Source of the DNA: a bacterium
GTDB lineage: Bacteria; Patescibacteriota; Minisyncoccia; UBA6257; GWB1-50-10
Assembly: GCA_021814165.1 (NCBI GenBank)
Contig: JAKAIX010000001.1
Coordinates: forward strand, 77,623-141,622
Direction: 5' to 3'
Length of the DNA: 64,000 nucleotides
Below the pieces are notes generated by a model. The model made no database searches and had not been told where the DNA came from. It saw nothing but the letters and a program-made list of their open reading frames with translations. Position numbers and translations under genes: made by a program. Positions 36,630 through 45,798 of the stretch are shown one piece after another. Every line of letters starts with the position of its first letter. The stretch's first letter is position 1.

Positions 36630-37004
36630 ATGGTACTACTGGTAGGTTTCAAGAGAGATTTTTTTCAAGAGCTTCCTCTTTCACTCTTCGCAAAAGGTTC
36701 AATTCAGAGAGTACATGCACTGGAGGAGGCAGAACATATCATCTCGGAAGATCTTTCTGAGATAAAAGTCGTAGCGATAGATCAAACTCTTATGTCTGAT
36801 GAGAAAGTGATTCCGACAGGGGAGTTTGTTGAGAGAATAAGATCAATATATAAGGGACCTATTCTCATTGTTACCGACTCCCATAATAAATGGAGGGTGA
36901 TGAAAAAACTCGGCGCTACTCACTGGTGCCCGCAATGGAACACTGCCAATCTAATAACCAAAATAATTGAAGGAAAACCGACGGAGGTCGAATGTTCTAC
37001 CTAA
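36630..37004 (+). CDS. Hypothetical protein, weakly receiver-like, in AT-rich block
   Basis: VLLVG...VVAIDQTL...ILIVTDS pattern; weak support. Confidence 0.3.
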   Translation: MVLLVGFKRDFFQELPLSLFAKGSIQRVHALEEAEHIISEDLSEIKVVAIDQTLMSDEKVIPTGEFVERIRSIYKGPILIVTDSHNKWRVMKKLGATHWCPQWNTANLITKIIEGKPTEVECST

Positions 37005-37643
37005 AGGTAACACTTCTTGGGGAGGGGAAAATTATAGGCCCTTTCCATAACGAAGAAGAAAAAGAAAGAACGATAGAAAACCTAAAGAGAACTGCAAATT
37101 CTGTTGTTTGTAGCAATAACCAAACTCTTGCTACGAACGGGTTACAGATGACAAACATTTCTTCTCAAAGAAAGCTAGATACGGTTTCCAAGACGGACCT
37201 AATGTACTTCTTGACTCACCTTGTCCATCTGGATGTATTCAATCTCGCCGCATAGTGATTATATTGACAACAAAGGCAATCTAAAAGATTGCCTTTCGTC
37301 CTTTTCAGGCCGAATGCTATACTATAGATAACTTAACAAAAGAAAAAGGTGAGAATATGGGAACACAATATGAGGTTTCTTTCAAAATCTCTTTCAAGAA
37401 GAATGGCGCAGATACCACGAGAGAGAATTTCCTGCAAGAAACCCTCTTTTTCGATAAATCCACGACGCTAGAGGACATGAACAGCAGGATAGAAACCCAC
37501 GCGAAGAGCGTGTGTTCGAAAGAAAATTGGAAATTCCAGAAAATAAAAGAGATAACGATATTAACAAACAACGAAGGCGATCACTGATCGTCTTCTGTAT
37601 TATTTTATTGGTAAGAAGATGATAAATAAACTATGATGAGAAC

Positions 37644-38225
37644 ATGGAAAAACGAGTTTTCATTGTTCACGGATGGGACGGATACCCCGAAGAGGGGTGG
37701 TTTCCGTGGCTCAAAAAAGAACTGGAGGGCAGGGGATTTGAGGTACACGTGCCTCAGCTCCCCGATGCAAAATACCCGAAACTTGAGAAGTGGGTTCCCG
37801 CACTCGCCGAAGCGGTAGGAGAAGTTAATGATCACACCTATTTTGTGGGGCACAGCATGGGAACGAAGACGATTATAAAATACTGTGAAGGGCTACCCGA
37901 AGGAACGAAGATTGGGGGAATAGTATTTGTTGCAGGGTTTCTGAAACGACTTACGGGACTTGAGGATGATCCAGAGGTTCATGAATACGCAGAAAACTGG
38001 CTTGGAGCACCAGTCGACCTGGAGAAAGCGAGATCACACTTCGAAAAAAGCATCGCCATCTTCTCGGACAACGATCACTATGTCCCTCTCGATAACGCGG
38101 ACGATTTTCGGGACAAGCTCGGATCGAAGATAGTAATTGAGCATAATATGGGCCATTTCAGCGGTTCCGGAGGGATTACCGAGCTCCCTGTTGCGCTCGA
38201 GTCTTTTCTCGAAATTGCCCAATAA
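37644..38225 (+). CDS. Alpha/beta hydrolase (YdeN/RBBP9-like serine hydrolase)
   Basis: FVGHSMG nucleophile elbow, DNDHYVP and HNMGHF. Confidence 0.65.
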   Translation: MEKRVFIVHGWDGYPEEGWFPWLKKELEGRGFEVHVPQLPDAKYPKLEKWVPALAEAVGEVNDHTYFVGHSMGTKTIIKYCEGLPEGTKIGGIVFVAGFLKRLTGLEDDPEVHEYAENWLGAPVDLEKARSHFEKSIAIFSDNDHYVPLDNADDFRDKLGSKIVIEHNMGHFSGSGGITELPVALESFLEIAQ

Positions 38226-38230
38226 CTCAA

Positions 38231-38297
38231 TATTATCGAGGCCGGGCCTCGATAATTTTGGGGATAACTTTATTGAGGCCGTGCCTCGATAGATTGG
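38231..38297. repeat. Two tandem copies of palindromic repeat family A
   Basis: attatcgaggccgggcctcgataat ... attgaggccgtgcctcgatagattgg. Confidence 0.7.
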
Positions 38298-38435
38298 TAA
38301 AATAACCCTCATTCTACCTAGCTTTTTTGACCTTTTTTGGGGTTTCTTTTTAATAGCGGATCTGCTATAATGAAGACAATAAAAGAGAGCCAAGAGAGCG
38401 GCTTTTTTGTTGATAGGATATAGAAAAACAAACCA

Positions 38436-40391
38436 ATGCCAAAGAAAAAAGAAGCAGAAAAAGAACCGAAAAAAGAGACAAAAAACGAGCAAAAATCCTC
38501 CTACGACGCGAAAGACATCTATGTCTTGGAGGGCCTGGAACCGGTAAGGAGAAGGCCCGGAATGTACATCGGCTCCACGGGGGTTGATGGACTCCATCAT
38601 TTGATCTGGGAAGTCGTCGACAACTCGATCGACGAAGCGATGGCGGGGTATGCGAAACACATCACCGTCGAGATATCGAAAGACAGCCGCATAGCGGTCA
38701 CGGACGATGGCCGCGGCATTCCCGTCGATATTCATCCGCAGACGAAGAAATCGGCGCTCGAAACCGTGTTAACCACGCTTCATGCCGGAGGAAAATTCGG
38801 CGGCGAATCGTATAAAGTTTCCGGAGGTCTTCACGGCGTCGGCGTTTCCGTCGTAAACGCACTCTCAAAATGGCTCAAAGTCGAGGTGCAAAGAAACGGA
38901 ACGGTGTACACGCAGGAATACGTCCGGGGCACCCCGAAAGGAAACGTAAAGAAAAACGGAATCTCAAAGGGAACCGGCACGAAAGTAACGTTCGATGCGG
39001 ATCCGGAAATTTTCCAGAAAATAGAATATGACAGGAAAAAAATCCTGGACCACCTGCGTCAGCAGGCATACCTCACAAAAGGAGTACGAATCAGCTTCGT
39101 GGATGAACGCGGGGAACAACCTTTTTTCTACGGGTTCTATTTCGATGGAGGACTTAAATCATTCATTCGACATCTGCTTGAAGGGGAAACGGCGCTCCAG
39201 AGCGAACCTTTCTATATGCACAAGAATCACGAATCGATCGATATCGAAGTGGCATTCACGTACGTGGAAGATCAGGAATCGAGGGAATTGAGCTTCGCGA
39301 ACAATATTTATACGCCTGACGGCGGTATGCACCTCACCGGACTTCGGTCCGCGCTTACAAGAACGCTCAACGATTACGCACGCACCGAAAACTACCTGAA
39401 AGAAAACGACGACAATCTCACGGGAGATGACATTCGGGAAGGAATCATCGCAATCGTGTCGGTTAAGATTCCCGAGCCGCAATTCGAGGGACAAACAAAG
39501 GCGCGTCTGGGGAATCCCGAGGCGAGAACGGCCGTCGAGGCGGTGGTAAACGAAGCACTCAAGGAATTTCTTGAACGTCATTCGGCCGATGCGAGAAAGA
39601 TAATCGAGAAGAACCTCCTCGCCGCAAAAGCAAGGAAGGCCGCAAAAGCCGCGAAGGATACCGTGCTCCGCAAGGGCGCGCTGGAAGGTCTTACACTGCC
39701 GGGGAAGCTTGCGGACTGTTCATCGAGGAAGGCGGAGGATTCCGAGATCTTCATCGTGGAAGGCGATTCCGCAGGAGGAAGCGCAAAACAGGGAAGAGAC
39801 CGGCGTTTTCAGGCCATTCTCCCGCTCAAAGGAAAAATCTTGAACGTAGAAAAATCCCGCATCGATAAGATGCTTGCAAACAAAGAGGTCCGATCGCTCG
39901 TGATAGCGCTCGGGACGGCGATCTCCGAGAATTTCGACATCGAGAAACTCCGTTATCATAAAATCATCCTCATGACGGATGCCGATGTGGACGGTGCGCA
40001 CATCACGACGCTTCTCCTTACGCTCTTCTACCGCTATTTCCCGAAGATCGTCGAGGACGGTTATCTTTATCTCGCCCAACCGCCGCTCTTTCGCGTTCAG
40101 AAGGGAAAAGAATTCCAGTATGCATATACGGAGAACGAACGCGATCGAATCGCAAAAAAGATGGGGGAGCAGGGAGTTACTATCCAACGCTATAAAGGTT
40201 TGGGAGAAATGAATCCGACACAACTCTGGGAAACAACCATGAACCCCGAAACGCGGCTCTTGAAGCAGATTATGATCGAGGACACCGTCGAGGCCGACAA
40301 ACTCTTCGACGTGCTTATGGGAGAAGTGGTGGAACCACGCAAAAATTTCATTCAGGCGCATGCACTTACCGTGAAGAATTTGGATGTGTAA
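38436..40391 (+). CDS. gyrB: DNA gyrase subunit B
   Basis: LEGLEPVRRRPGMYIGST, GHKL ATPase, Toprim EGDSAGG, C-terminal tail. Confidence 0.93.
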   Translation: MPKKKEAEKEPKKETKNEQKSSYDAKDIYVLEGLEPVRRRPGMYIGSTGVDGLHHLIWEVVDNSIDEAMAGYAKHITVEISKDSRIAVTDDGRGIPVDIHPQTKKSALETVLTTLHAGGKFGGESYKVSGGLHGVGVSVVNALSKWLKVEVQRNGTVYTQEYVRGTPKGNVKKNGISKGTGTKVTFDADPEIFQKIEYDRKKILDHLRQQAYLTKGVRISFVDERGEQPFFYGFYFDGGLKSFIRHLLEGETALQSEPFYMHKNHESIDIEVAFTYVEDQESRELSFANNIYTPDGGMHLTGLRSALTRTLNDYARTENYLKENDDNLTGDDIREGIIAIVSVKIPEPQFEGQTKARLGNPEARTAVEAVVNEALKEFLERHSADARKIIEKNLLAAKARKAAKAAKDTVLRKGALEGLTLPGKLADCSSRKAEDSEIFIVEGDSAGGSAKQGRDRRFQAILPLKGKILNVEKSRIDKMLANKEVRSLVIALGTAISENFDIEKLRYHKIILMTDADVDGAHITTLLLTLFYRYFPKIVEDGYLYLAQPPLFRVQKGKEFQYAYTENERDRIAKKMGEQGVTIQRYKGLGEMNPTQLWETTMNPETRLLKQIMIEDTVEADKLFDVLMGEVVEPRKNFIQAHALTVKNLDV

Positions 40392-40414
40392 TTCTTTTCT
40401 TAACGCGCGATAAC

Positions 40415-40500
40415 GCAGGCTGGTAAACCGAAAAAGTGTGCGCTCCGGGCCGCTTGGCCAAGTCTTACCCACTTTTTCGCCATACCAGCCTGCTTTTTGT
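40415..40500. repeat. Conserved-core hairpin element, family B copy 3, - orientation, followed by T tract
   Basis: Arms gcaggctggtaaaccgaaaaagtg / cactttttcgccataccagcctgc around gcgctccgggccgcttggccaagtcttaccc (reverse complement of the core), then ctttttgttt. Confidence 0.8.
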
Positions 40501-40639
40501 TTATCCGGAGAAAAGAATTGACTTAGGGGGGGAGGTGGGATAGTATTGTAGTAATCCGTAGACAGCGGGCATCCCGAGCGAAAAAGGGAAGAGGTCCCGC
40601 CGAATGGAAGAGAATTAAGGGTCGATTCTTCTTTGGCAA

Positions 40640-40670
40640 TCTGCGGAAATACGCGGATTTTTTATTTATA
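40640..40670 (+). promoter_or_regulatory. Possible L10 leader attenuator hairpin with T tract
   Basis: aatctgcggaaatacgcggatttttt lies just upstream of rplJ. Confidence 0.3.
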
Positions 40671-40679
40671 GCGAACCAC

Positions 40680-41177
40680 ATGAAAACGAAAGAACAGAAG
40701 AAAGAACAGATTGAGTTGGGTATAAAACACCTCGACAAGAACGAGACGGTGCTTTTTACCGACTTCACGGGTCTGAACGCGAACGATTTGAACGCGCTCC
40801 GGAGAGCGGTAAAAGAACTGGGAGGAAAAATGATTGTAATGAAAAAGCGACTTTTGAAGCTCTCGCTCGCATCGAAGGGAATTGAGTTCGATTCGAAACA
40901 GTTCGAGGGCCAGGCGGGAGTTATTTTCTCGCCGAAGGATATCGTGGAAACTTCGGGAGTCGTCTATAAGTTCGGCAAGCCGTTTATCGCAAAGAGTATC
41001 TTTAAGATGCTCGGCGGACTGCATATTGGCGAGAAACGATTCGTAAGCGCGGAAGAAGTTCTGATGCTCGGGCAATTGCCGCCACGTGAGGTGCTTCTGG
41101 GACAACTTGTCGGCATGATCGCCGCACCTATCCGCTCATTCATGTTCGTACTTGATCAAAAAGCGAAACAATCGTAA
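40680..41177 (+). CDS. rplJ: 50S ribosomal protein L10
   Basis: L10 fold sequence [53 protein letters not shown], followed by L7/L12. Confidence 0.9.
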   Translation: MKTKEQKKEQIELGIKHLDKNETVLFTDFTGLNANDLNALRRAVKELGGKMIVMKKRLLKLSLASKGIEFDSKQFEGQAGVIFSPKDIVETSGVVYKFGKPFIAKSIFKMLGGLHIGEKRFVSAEEVLMLGQLPPREVLLGQLVGMIAAPIRSFMFVLDQKAKQS

Positions 41178-41202
41178 AAAGTCGAAAAATACAATTAACA
41201 CC

Positions 41203-41568
41203 ATGGAAAAATTCAAAGACATAATCGAGAAAATCGAGAAACTCTCCGTTGCGGAGCTCGCTGAGCTCGTACACGCACTCGAGGAAAAATTTGGCGTCTC
41301 TGCTGCCGCAATGGCGGTCGCCGGAGGAGCCGGAGCGGGCGCGGCAGCGGAAGAAAAAACGTCTTTTGACGTAGTCCTTAAGGCAGGAGGCGATCAGAAG
41401 ATCAATGTTATCAAGGCGGTCCGTGAAGCGACCGGACTCGGGCTCAAGGAAGCCAAGGATCTGGTTGACGGAGCACCGAAGACCGTAAAAGAAGGTCTTA
41501 AGAAGGAAGAGGCCGACGAACTCAAGAAGAAACTTGAAGAGGTCGGTGCAACTGTCGAAATCAAGTAA
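41203..41568 (+). CDS. rplL: 50S ribosomal protein L7/L12
   Basis: Ala/Gly hinge [19 protein letters not shown] and [31 protein letters not shown]. Confidence 0.93.
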   Translation: MEKFKDIIEKIEKLSVAELAELVHALEEKFGVSAAAMAVAGGAGAGAAAEEKTSFDVVLKAGGDQKINVIKAVREATGLGLKEAKDLVDGAPKTVKEGLKKEEADELKKKLEEVGATVEIK

Positions 41569-41590
41569 TTCTCTCTCGATTTGCGACAAT

Positions 41591-41625
41591 AAAACTCCAC
41601 GGCCACAAGGTCGTGGAGTTTTATT
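41591..41625 (+). terminator. Intrinsic terminator after rplL
   Basis: aaaactccacggccacaaggtcgtggagttttattt. Confidence 0.7.
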
Positions 41626-41677
41626 TGCAAAAACACTCCAGGAGTATCTACAATAGAAAAAGCTCCTAAAAGAAATC

Positions 41678-41711
41678 TCAATCTATCGAGGCCGGGCCTC
41701 GATAATATTGG
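41678..41711. repeat. Palindromic repeat family A
   Basis: ctcaatctatcgaggccgggcctcgataatattg. Confidence 0.75.
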
Positions 41712-41723
41712 GGATAACTTCAA

Positions 41724-41797
41724 GGGCGTTTAGCTCAGTTGGTTAGAGCGTTGCATTCACATTGCAAAGGTCACTGGTTCGAGTCCAGTAACGCCCA
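41724..41797 (+). tRNA. tRNA-Val (anticodon CAC)
   Basis: GGGCGTTTAGCTCAGTTGGTTAGAGCGTTGCATTCACATTGCAAAGGTCACTGGTTCGAGTCCAGTAACGCCCA. Confidence 0.88.
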
Positions 41798-41799
41798 CT

Positions 41800-42378
41800 A
41801 TGGAATCTTTGAGCATCGATAAAACAAAGACCGCGCTTGTGATAATTGATCTTCAGAAGGGAATTGTAGAACGTCCTTCCGAGCCGTATTCGTCAGATTC
41901 CGTCGTCGCAAACGCCGCTAAACTCGCTGACGGATTTAGAAAATGCGGGATGCCGGTTTTTCTCGTGCACGTGACACCGTCTATTGATATGAAAGACGGA
42001 TTGAAACCCGTAAGTGATGAACCGATGCCCGCGAGGCAAATCACAACCGAATGGAGTGAGATCGTTCCGGAGCTGGGTCCGAAGCCGGAGGATTTCGTCA
42101 TTACAAAGCGGCAATGGGGTGCATTTTATGGAACGGAGCTGGATCTTCAACTTCGAAGAAGGGGGATCGACACTATCGTACTCTGCGGCATCTCGACAAA
42201 CATCGGCGTCGAAAGCACCGCGAGATTTGCCTACGAGTACGGCTACAACCAAATATTCGCGGAGGATGCCATGACCGCACACTCAAAGGAGGGACACAAT
42301 GCTACGGTAAAATTGATTTTTCCGAGAATAGGGCGAGTAAGGAAAACAGAAGAAATACTCCAAGAGCTAGAGCTATGA
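41800..42378 (+). CDS. Isochorismatase-family cysteine hydrolase
   Basis: ALVIIDLQ...VLCGISTNIGVEST is the catalytic Cys region. Confidence 0.75.
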   Translation: MESLSIDKTKTALVIIDLQKGIVERPSEPYSSDSVVANAAKLADGFRKCGMPVFLVHVTPSIDMKDGLKPVSDEPMPARQITTEWSEIVPELGPKPEDFVITKRQWGAFYGTELDLQLRRRGIDTIVLCGISTNIGVESTARFAYEYGYNQIFAEDAMTAHSKEGHNATVKLIFPRIGRVRKTEEILQELEL

Positions 42379-43166
42379 AAATCGTCAGCTTCAACATAGG
42401 AATGAAGATCGATAACAGTAAGGAAGTTGCCAGACTATTAAAAGAGCAAGATCCCGACATTATATGTCTGCAAGAGGTGATCCGGCATCTCTCTGACTCC
42501 GCTTACCATAAGTTTCAATCCAAGGCGATTATAGATAAATATCTTGACCGTACCTATCGTTACAGATTCTTTGGTCCACAATGGATCTCCCGCGCTGTCT
42601 ACAAACATGGGAAACTTCATCGTGATTACGGTGGATTAGTGGAACAGGGTAATTACATTCTTTCGAAGTATCCGATCGTGGAAGCGACAAACGAGCACTA
42701 TTTCAAACACTACTCTCTGGAGATAGACCACACAAATTTCGAAAATATCGATCATCCTCGTTCGGTAGCGATAGCCACCCTAAAAATCAAAGGCAAGAAA
42801 CTGACGATATTCAATTTGCACGGAACATATAGCACCCGTAAAGGGGATACTCCACGCTCCATCGCGCAGGCGAAGTACATTGTGAAGCGAGCGAAAGAGT
42901 TCAAAAATCCGCTCATACTCATAGGAGATTTCAACGTGACGCCGGATACAAAAACAATGAAGATTATAAACCGGGAATTCGACAATATAATGAATCATTT
43001 TCCCGTCACACAGACACTCCCTTATTTCAAGGGAAAAAAAGACAACAAGATGATAGTCGACTACGTTCTCACCAACAAAAAGGTTCGGGCCATAAATTTC
43101 CAAGTATATAGGAGTAATATCTCGGATCATCTGCCGCTCATATTCGACTTCGCAATAAAACAATGA
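42375..43166 (+). CDS. Endonuclease/exonuclease/phosphatase (EEP) family protein
   Basis: MKIVSFNIGM...DIICLQEV...GDFNVTPD are EEP motifs. ATGA overlap with the upstream gene. Confidence 0.7.
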   Translation: MKIVSFNIGMKIDNSKEVARLLKEQDPDIICLQEVIRHLSDSAYHKFQSKAIIDKYLDRTYRYRFFGPQWISRAVYKHGKLHRDYGGLVEQGNYILSKYPIVEATNEHYFKHYSLEIDHTNFENIDHPRSVAIATLKIKGKKLTIFNLHGTYSTRKGDTPRSIAQAKYIVKRAKEFKNPLILIGDFNVTPDTKTMKIINREFDNIMNHFPVTQTLPYFKGKKDNKMIVDYVLTNKKVRAINFQVYRSNISDHLPLIFDFAIKQ

Positions 43167-43741
43167 TCACGGAACAATTTCTCAAGAAGGTACGCGATTT
43201 CGCTTACGCTGAAGAAGCGAAGTTTCACACTCCGCCGAAATTTCATGTCGACTTCACTAACGAAAAAGGACTCAAACTCGCCGAGGCACTCCACGCGAAC
43301 AAAGACATCGTATCCGCCGGAACATTTCTCATGGACTCCATGCTGGGCGCCGCAATGACGGAAGGAAGATTGAAAGAACACGTAATGATGGCGGTGAAAA
43401 AAACAAAAGAGCTCTTCGGGGAATTCCCGGAACTCACGGAAGAGGAGAAAGAAAACATCCTGAATTGTGTCCGTGAACATCATGGCGCAGAACGATTTTC
43501 CTCCCTCGAGTCGGAAATATGCTGCAACGCAGACTGTTATAGATTTTTGAGCATGGAGGGAGTCGTCGGTGGAATGAAAAACTTCAGAGAAATGGAGAAG
43601 AAAGAATTGATAGATCTATTCTTAAAGAAAGGAGAAGAGAAATGGAACGTGTTGAGTTTATCGGGATGCAAGAAAGAGTTGGAACCGCAATACCAGGCTG
43701 TAAAGGTACTTCTTCAAAGAATGAAGGGAGAAGAGAAATGA
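43163..43741 (+). CDS. Hypothetical protein (possible HD-like phosphohydrolase)
   Basis: 192-aa ORF with an HxxxH..D-type pattern (VREHHGAERF); weak. Confidence 0.4.
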   Translation: MITEQFLKKVRDFAYAEEAKFHTPPKFHVDFTNEKGLKLAEALHANKDIVSAGTFLMDSMLGAAMTEGRLKEHVMMAVKKTKELFGEFPELTEEEKENILNCVREHHGAERFSSLESEICCNADCYRFLSMEGVVGGMKNFREMEKKELIDLFLKKGEEKWNVLSLSGCKKELEPQYQAVKVLLQRMKGEEK

Positions 43742-43859
43742 ATCGGCAGGGAAATGCAAGTTGTTGATAACTTCGCCCGGAAACCGCTAAAAATCTAAGG
43801 AAACACCATACTTCTTTTCAGAACCGCCCGTGGGGGAGCGGTTTTTTGTTTCCCTAGAA

Positions 43860-43935
43860 AGTGGTACAATAGTGTATGAAAGTGGTGAATAGTGGATAAG
43901 TATGGGGATAACACCCGAATCTGGGGATAAGTAGG
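43860..43935 (+). promoter_or_regulatory. MraZ-box-like direct repeats (AGTGG/TGGGG at ~10-bp spacing) upstream of mraZ
   Basis: aGTGGtacaat aGTGtatgaa aGTGGtgaat aGTGGataag tATGGGGata ... cTGGGGataa gtAGGGtc, with a period of about 10 bp. Confidence 0.5.
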
Positions 43936-43937
43936 GT

Positions 43938-44020
43938 CTCTATACTGCATTCCCCTTCGCTCGGGCGCTCCGGGCCGCTTGGCCAAGTCATACCCTCGCT
44001 CAGAGGAATGCAGCATAGAG
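43938..44020. repeat. Conserved-core hairpin element, family B copy 4, - orientation (core variant GGTATGAC)
   Basis: Arms ctctatactgcattcc / ggaatgcagcatagag around ctcgggcgctccgggccgcttggccaagtcataccctcg. Confidence 0.8.
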
Positions 44021-44054
44021 AAAGGAGGATATAGGAAAAAACGTTGAAATCGAC

Positions 44055-44486
44055 ATGATTCTAGGTGAATACAGACATAATTTAGACACGAAAGGGCGGC
44101 TGGCTATACCGGCGAAGTTCCGCGAAAAAATAGAGGCCGGAGCCATCATCACTCGCGGACTGGACAGATGTTTATTCGTATTCGGACCGCAGGAGTGGGA
44201 AAATCTTGTTCAAAAACTCACCGCGCTTCCGCTCGCACAAGCGAACTCGAGAGCGTTTGTACGGCTTATGCTCGCGGGAGCAAGCGATGCAAAGCCGGAC
44301 ACCCAGGGAAGAATCCTGATTCCCGATTATCTTCGAAAGTATGCAGGACTGAAGAAAGGGACGGTCGTTGCCGGTCTCTACAATCGGTTCGAGATATGGG
44401 ATGAAGAGGAATGGAATGCATACAAACAGAAAACCGAATCGACATCCGATGAGATCGCGGAAAAGCTGGGAGAACTGGGTATTTAA
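44055..44486 (+). CDS. mraZ: Transcriptional regulator MraZ
   Basis: Two SpoVT/AbrB-like halves: GEYRHNLDTKGRLAIPAKFRE and DTQGRILIPDYLRKYAGL. Confidence 0.9.
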   Translation: MILGEYRHNLDTKGRLAIPAKFREKIEAGAIITRGLDRCLFVFGPQEWENLVQKLTALPLAQANSRAFVRLMLAGASDAKPDTQGRILIPDYLRKYAGLKKGTVVAGLYNRFEIWDEEEWNAYKQKTESTSDEIAEKLGELGI

Positions 44487-44589
44487 CGGAATGTCAAAAT
44501 CCAAATGACCAATGTCAAATCAATAACAAAACTTAAAAACATTTTTGCCATTTCGTTTTCTGGTTTATTTGTAATTTGGCATTTGTAAT

Positions 44590-45480
44590 TTGGCTTTTAT
44601 GCATATTCCCGTTCTTTTACAAGAAGTAGTGGAAATACTCGACCCGAAACCGGGAGAATTCGTCATCGACGGAACGATAAACGACGGGGGACACGCGAAG
44701 GTACTCGCACACAAAATAGGATCGAAAGGAACGCTTCTCGGCATCGATTGGGATCCGAAAGCGATCGGACGAGCCAAGGAATCGGGGAAACGGTTTCCAT
44801 CGCGAACCATCTTCGAAGAGGGGAACTATGCCGACATTCCGGGATTTCTGAAACAACGCAATCTCGGGAAAGCCGACGCGTTACTCCTCGATCTCGGGCT
44901 GTCGAGCGAGCAACTCACTCCCACAGGAAGGGGCTTCAGCTTCTCGACGAGCGAAATTCTCGACATGCGATACAGCCCGAAGGAGAAGATAACCGCCGCG
45001 CAGGTAGTGAACGGGATGCCGGAGAAAGAACTTGCGGATATCATCTACCGATTCGGAGAAGAACGTCTTTCCCGAAGAATCGCGAAGGCGATCGTAAAAG
45101 AAAGAAGGCATAAGCGGATTCTCACGACCGGGGAACTTGCGAGAATAATAAGCAGCGTCCTCCCGGCTCACTATGAGAGGGGGAGAATGCATCCCGCAAC
45201 GCGCACCTTTCAGGCGCTTCGCATCTATGTGAATCGCGAATTGGAGAACCTTTCTTCAATCCTGGATCATCTTGACCAATGCATGAAGAAGGGAGGAAGA
45301 GTCGCCGTCATCAGTTTTCATTCGCTCGAAGACAGAATCGTGAAACAAAAATTTCAGGAACTCGCAAAAGAAGGGAAGGGAACCCTCATCACAAAAAAGC
45401 CGCTACTTCCCAGCCGGGGGGAAATTTCCGCAAATCCGCGGAGCCGCTCGGCAAAGTTAAGGGCAATTCAATTTATTTAA
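44590..45480 (+). CDS. rsmH: 16S rRNA (cytosine1402-N4)-methyltransferase RsmH
   Basis: HIPVLLQEVVEIL...DGTINDGGHA is the MraW family. Confidence 0.9.
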   Translation: MAFMHIPVLLQEVVEILDPKPGEFVIDGTINDGGHAKVLAHKIGSKGTLLGIDWDPKAIGRAKESGKRFPSRTIFEEGNYADIPGFLKQRNLGKADALLLDLGLSSEQLTPTGRGFSFSTSEILDMRYSPKEKITAAQVVNGMPEKELADIIYRFGEERLSRRIAKAIVKERRHKRILTTGELARIISSVLPAHYERGRMHPATRTFQALRIYVNRELENLSSILDHLDQCMKKGGRVAVISFHSLEDRIVKQKFQELAKEGKGTLITKKPLLPSRGEISANPRSRSAKLRAIQFI

Positions 45481-45486
45481 AAAACC

Positions 45487-45798
45487 ATGACCATTATTCG
45501 ACCAACGTTCAATAAAAATTACATTCGTTTTTTCATACTGCTTGCCATTGTTGTGTTAGCCGGTGGCATTTTCTACGTATTCGAGTATAATTCTTTCGTA
45601 AACACTCGTTACCAGGTGACGACGCTCAGGGGCAATATCACGGAGGCGGAAACGGCAAACGCGAATCTGAAAAGTACGTATTATAAGATGACCGATCCGG
45701 TGCATCTCGAAACGTTGGTACCCCAATATCACCTCACCTTGGAACGGCGGCCAGATTATCTAGAGCAATCCAAATGGGTGTCCGATTCATCGCATTAA
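45487..45798 (+). CDS. ftsL: Cell division protein FtsL
   Basis: Single TM (FFILLAIVVLAGGIFYVF) plus coiled coil, between rsmH and ftsI. Confidence 0.7.
   Translation: MTIIRPTFNKNYIRFFILLAIVVLAGGIFYVFEYNSFVNTRYQVTTLRGNITEAETANANLKSTYYKMTDPVHLETLVPQYHLTLERRPDYLEQSKWVSDSSH

Noticed and set aside
38034-38735. 233-aa minus-strand ORF spanning the hydrolase end and gyrB start
   Set aside because: It overlaps two well-supported genes and the repeat-containing intergenic region.
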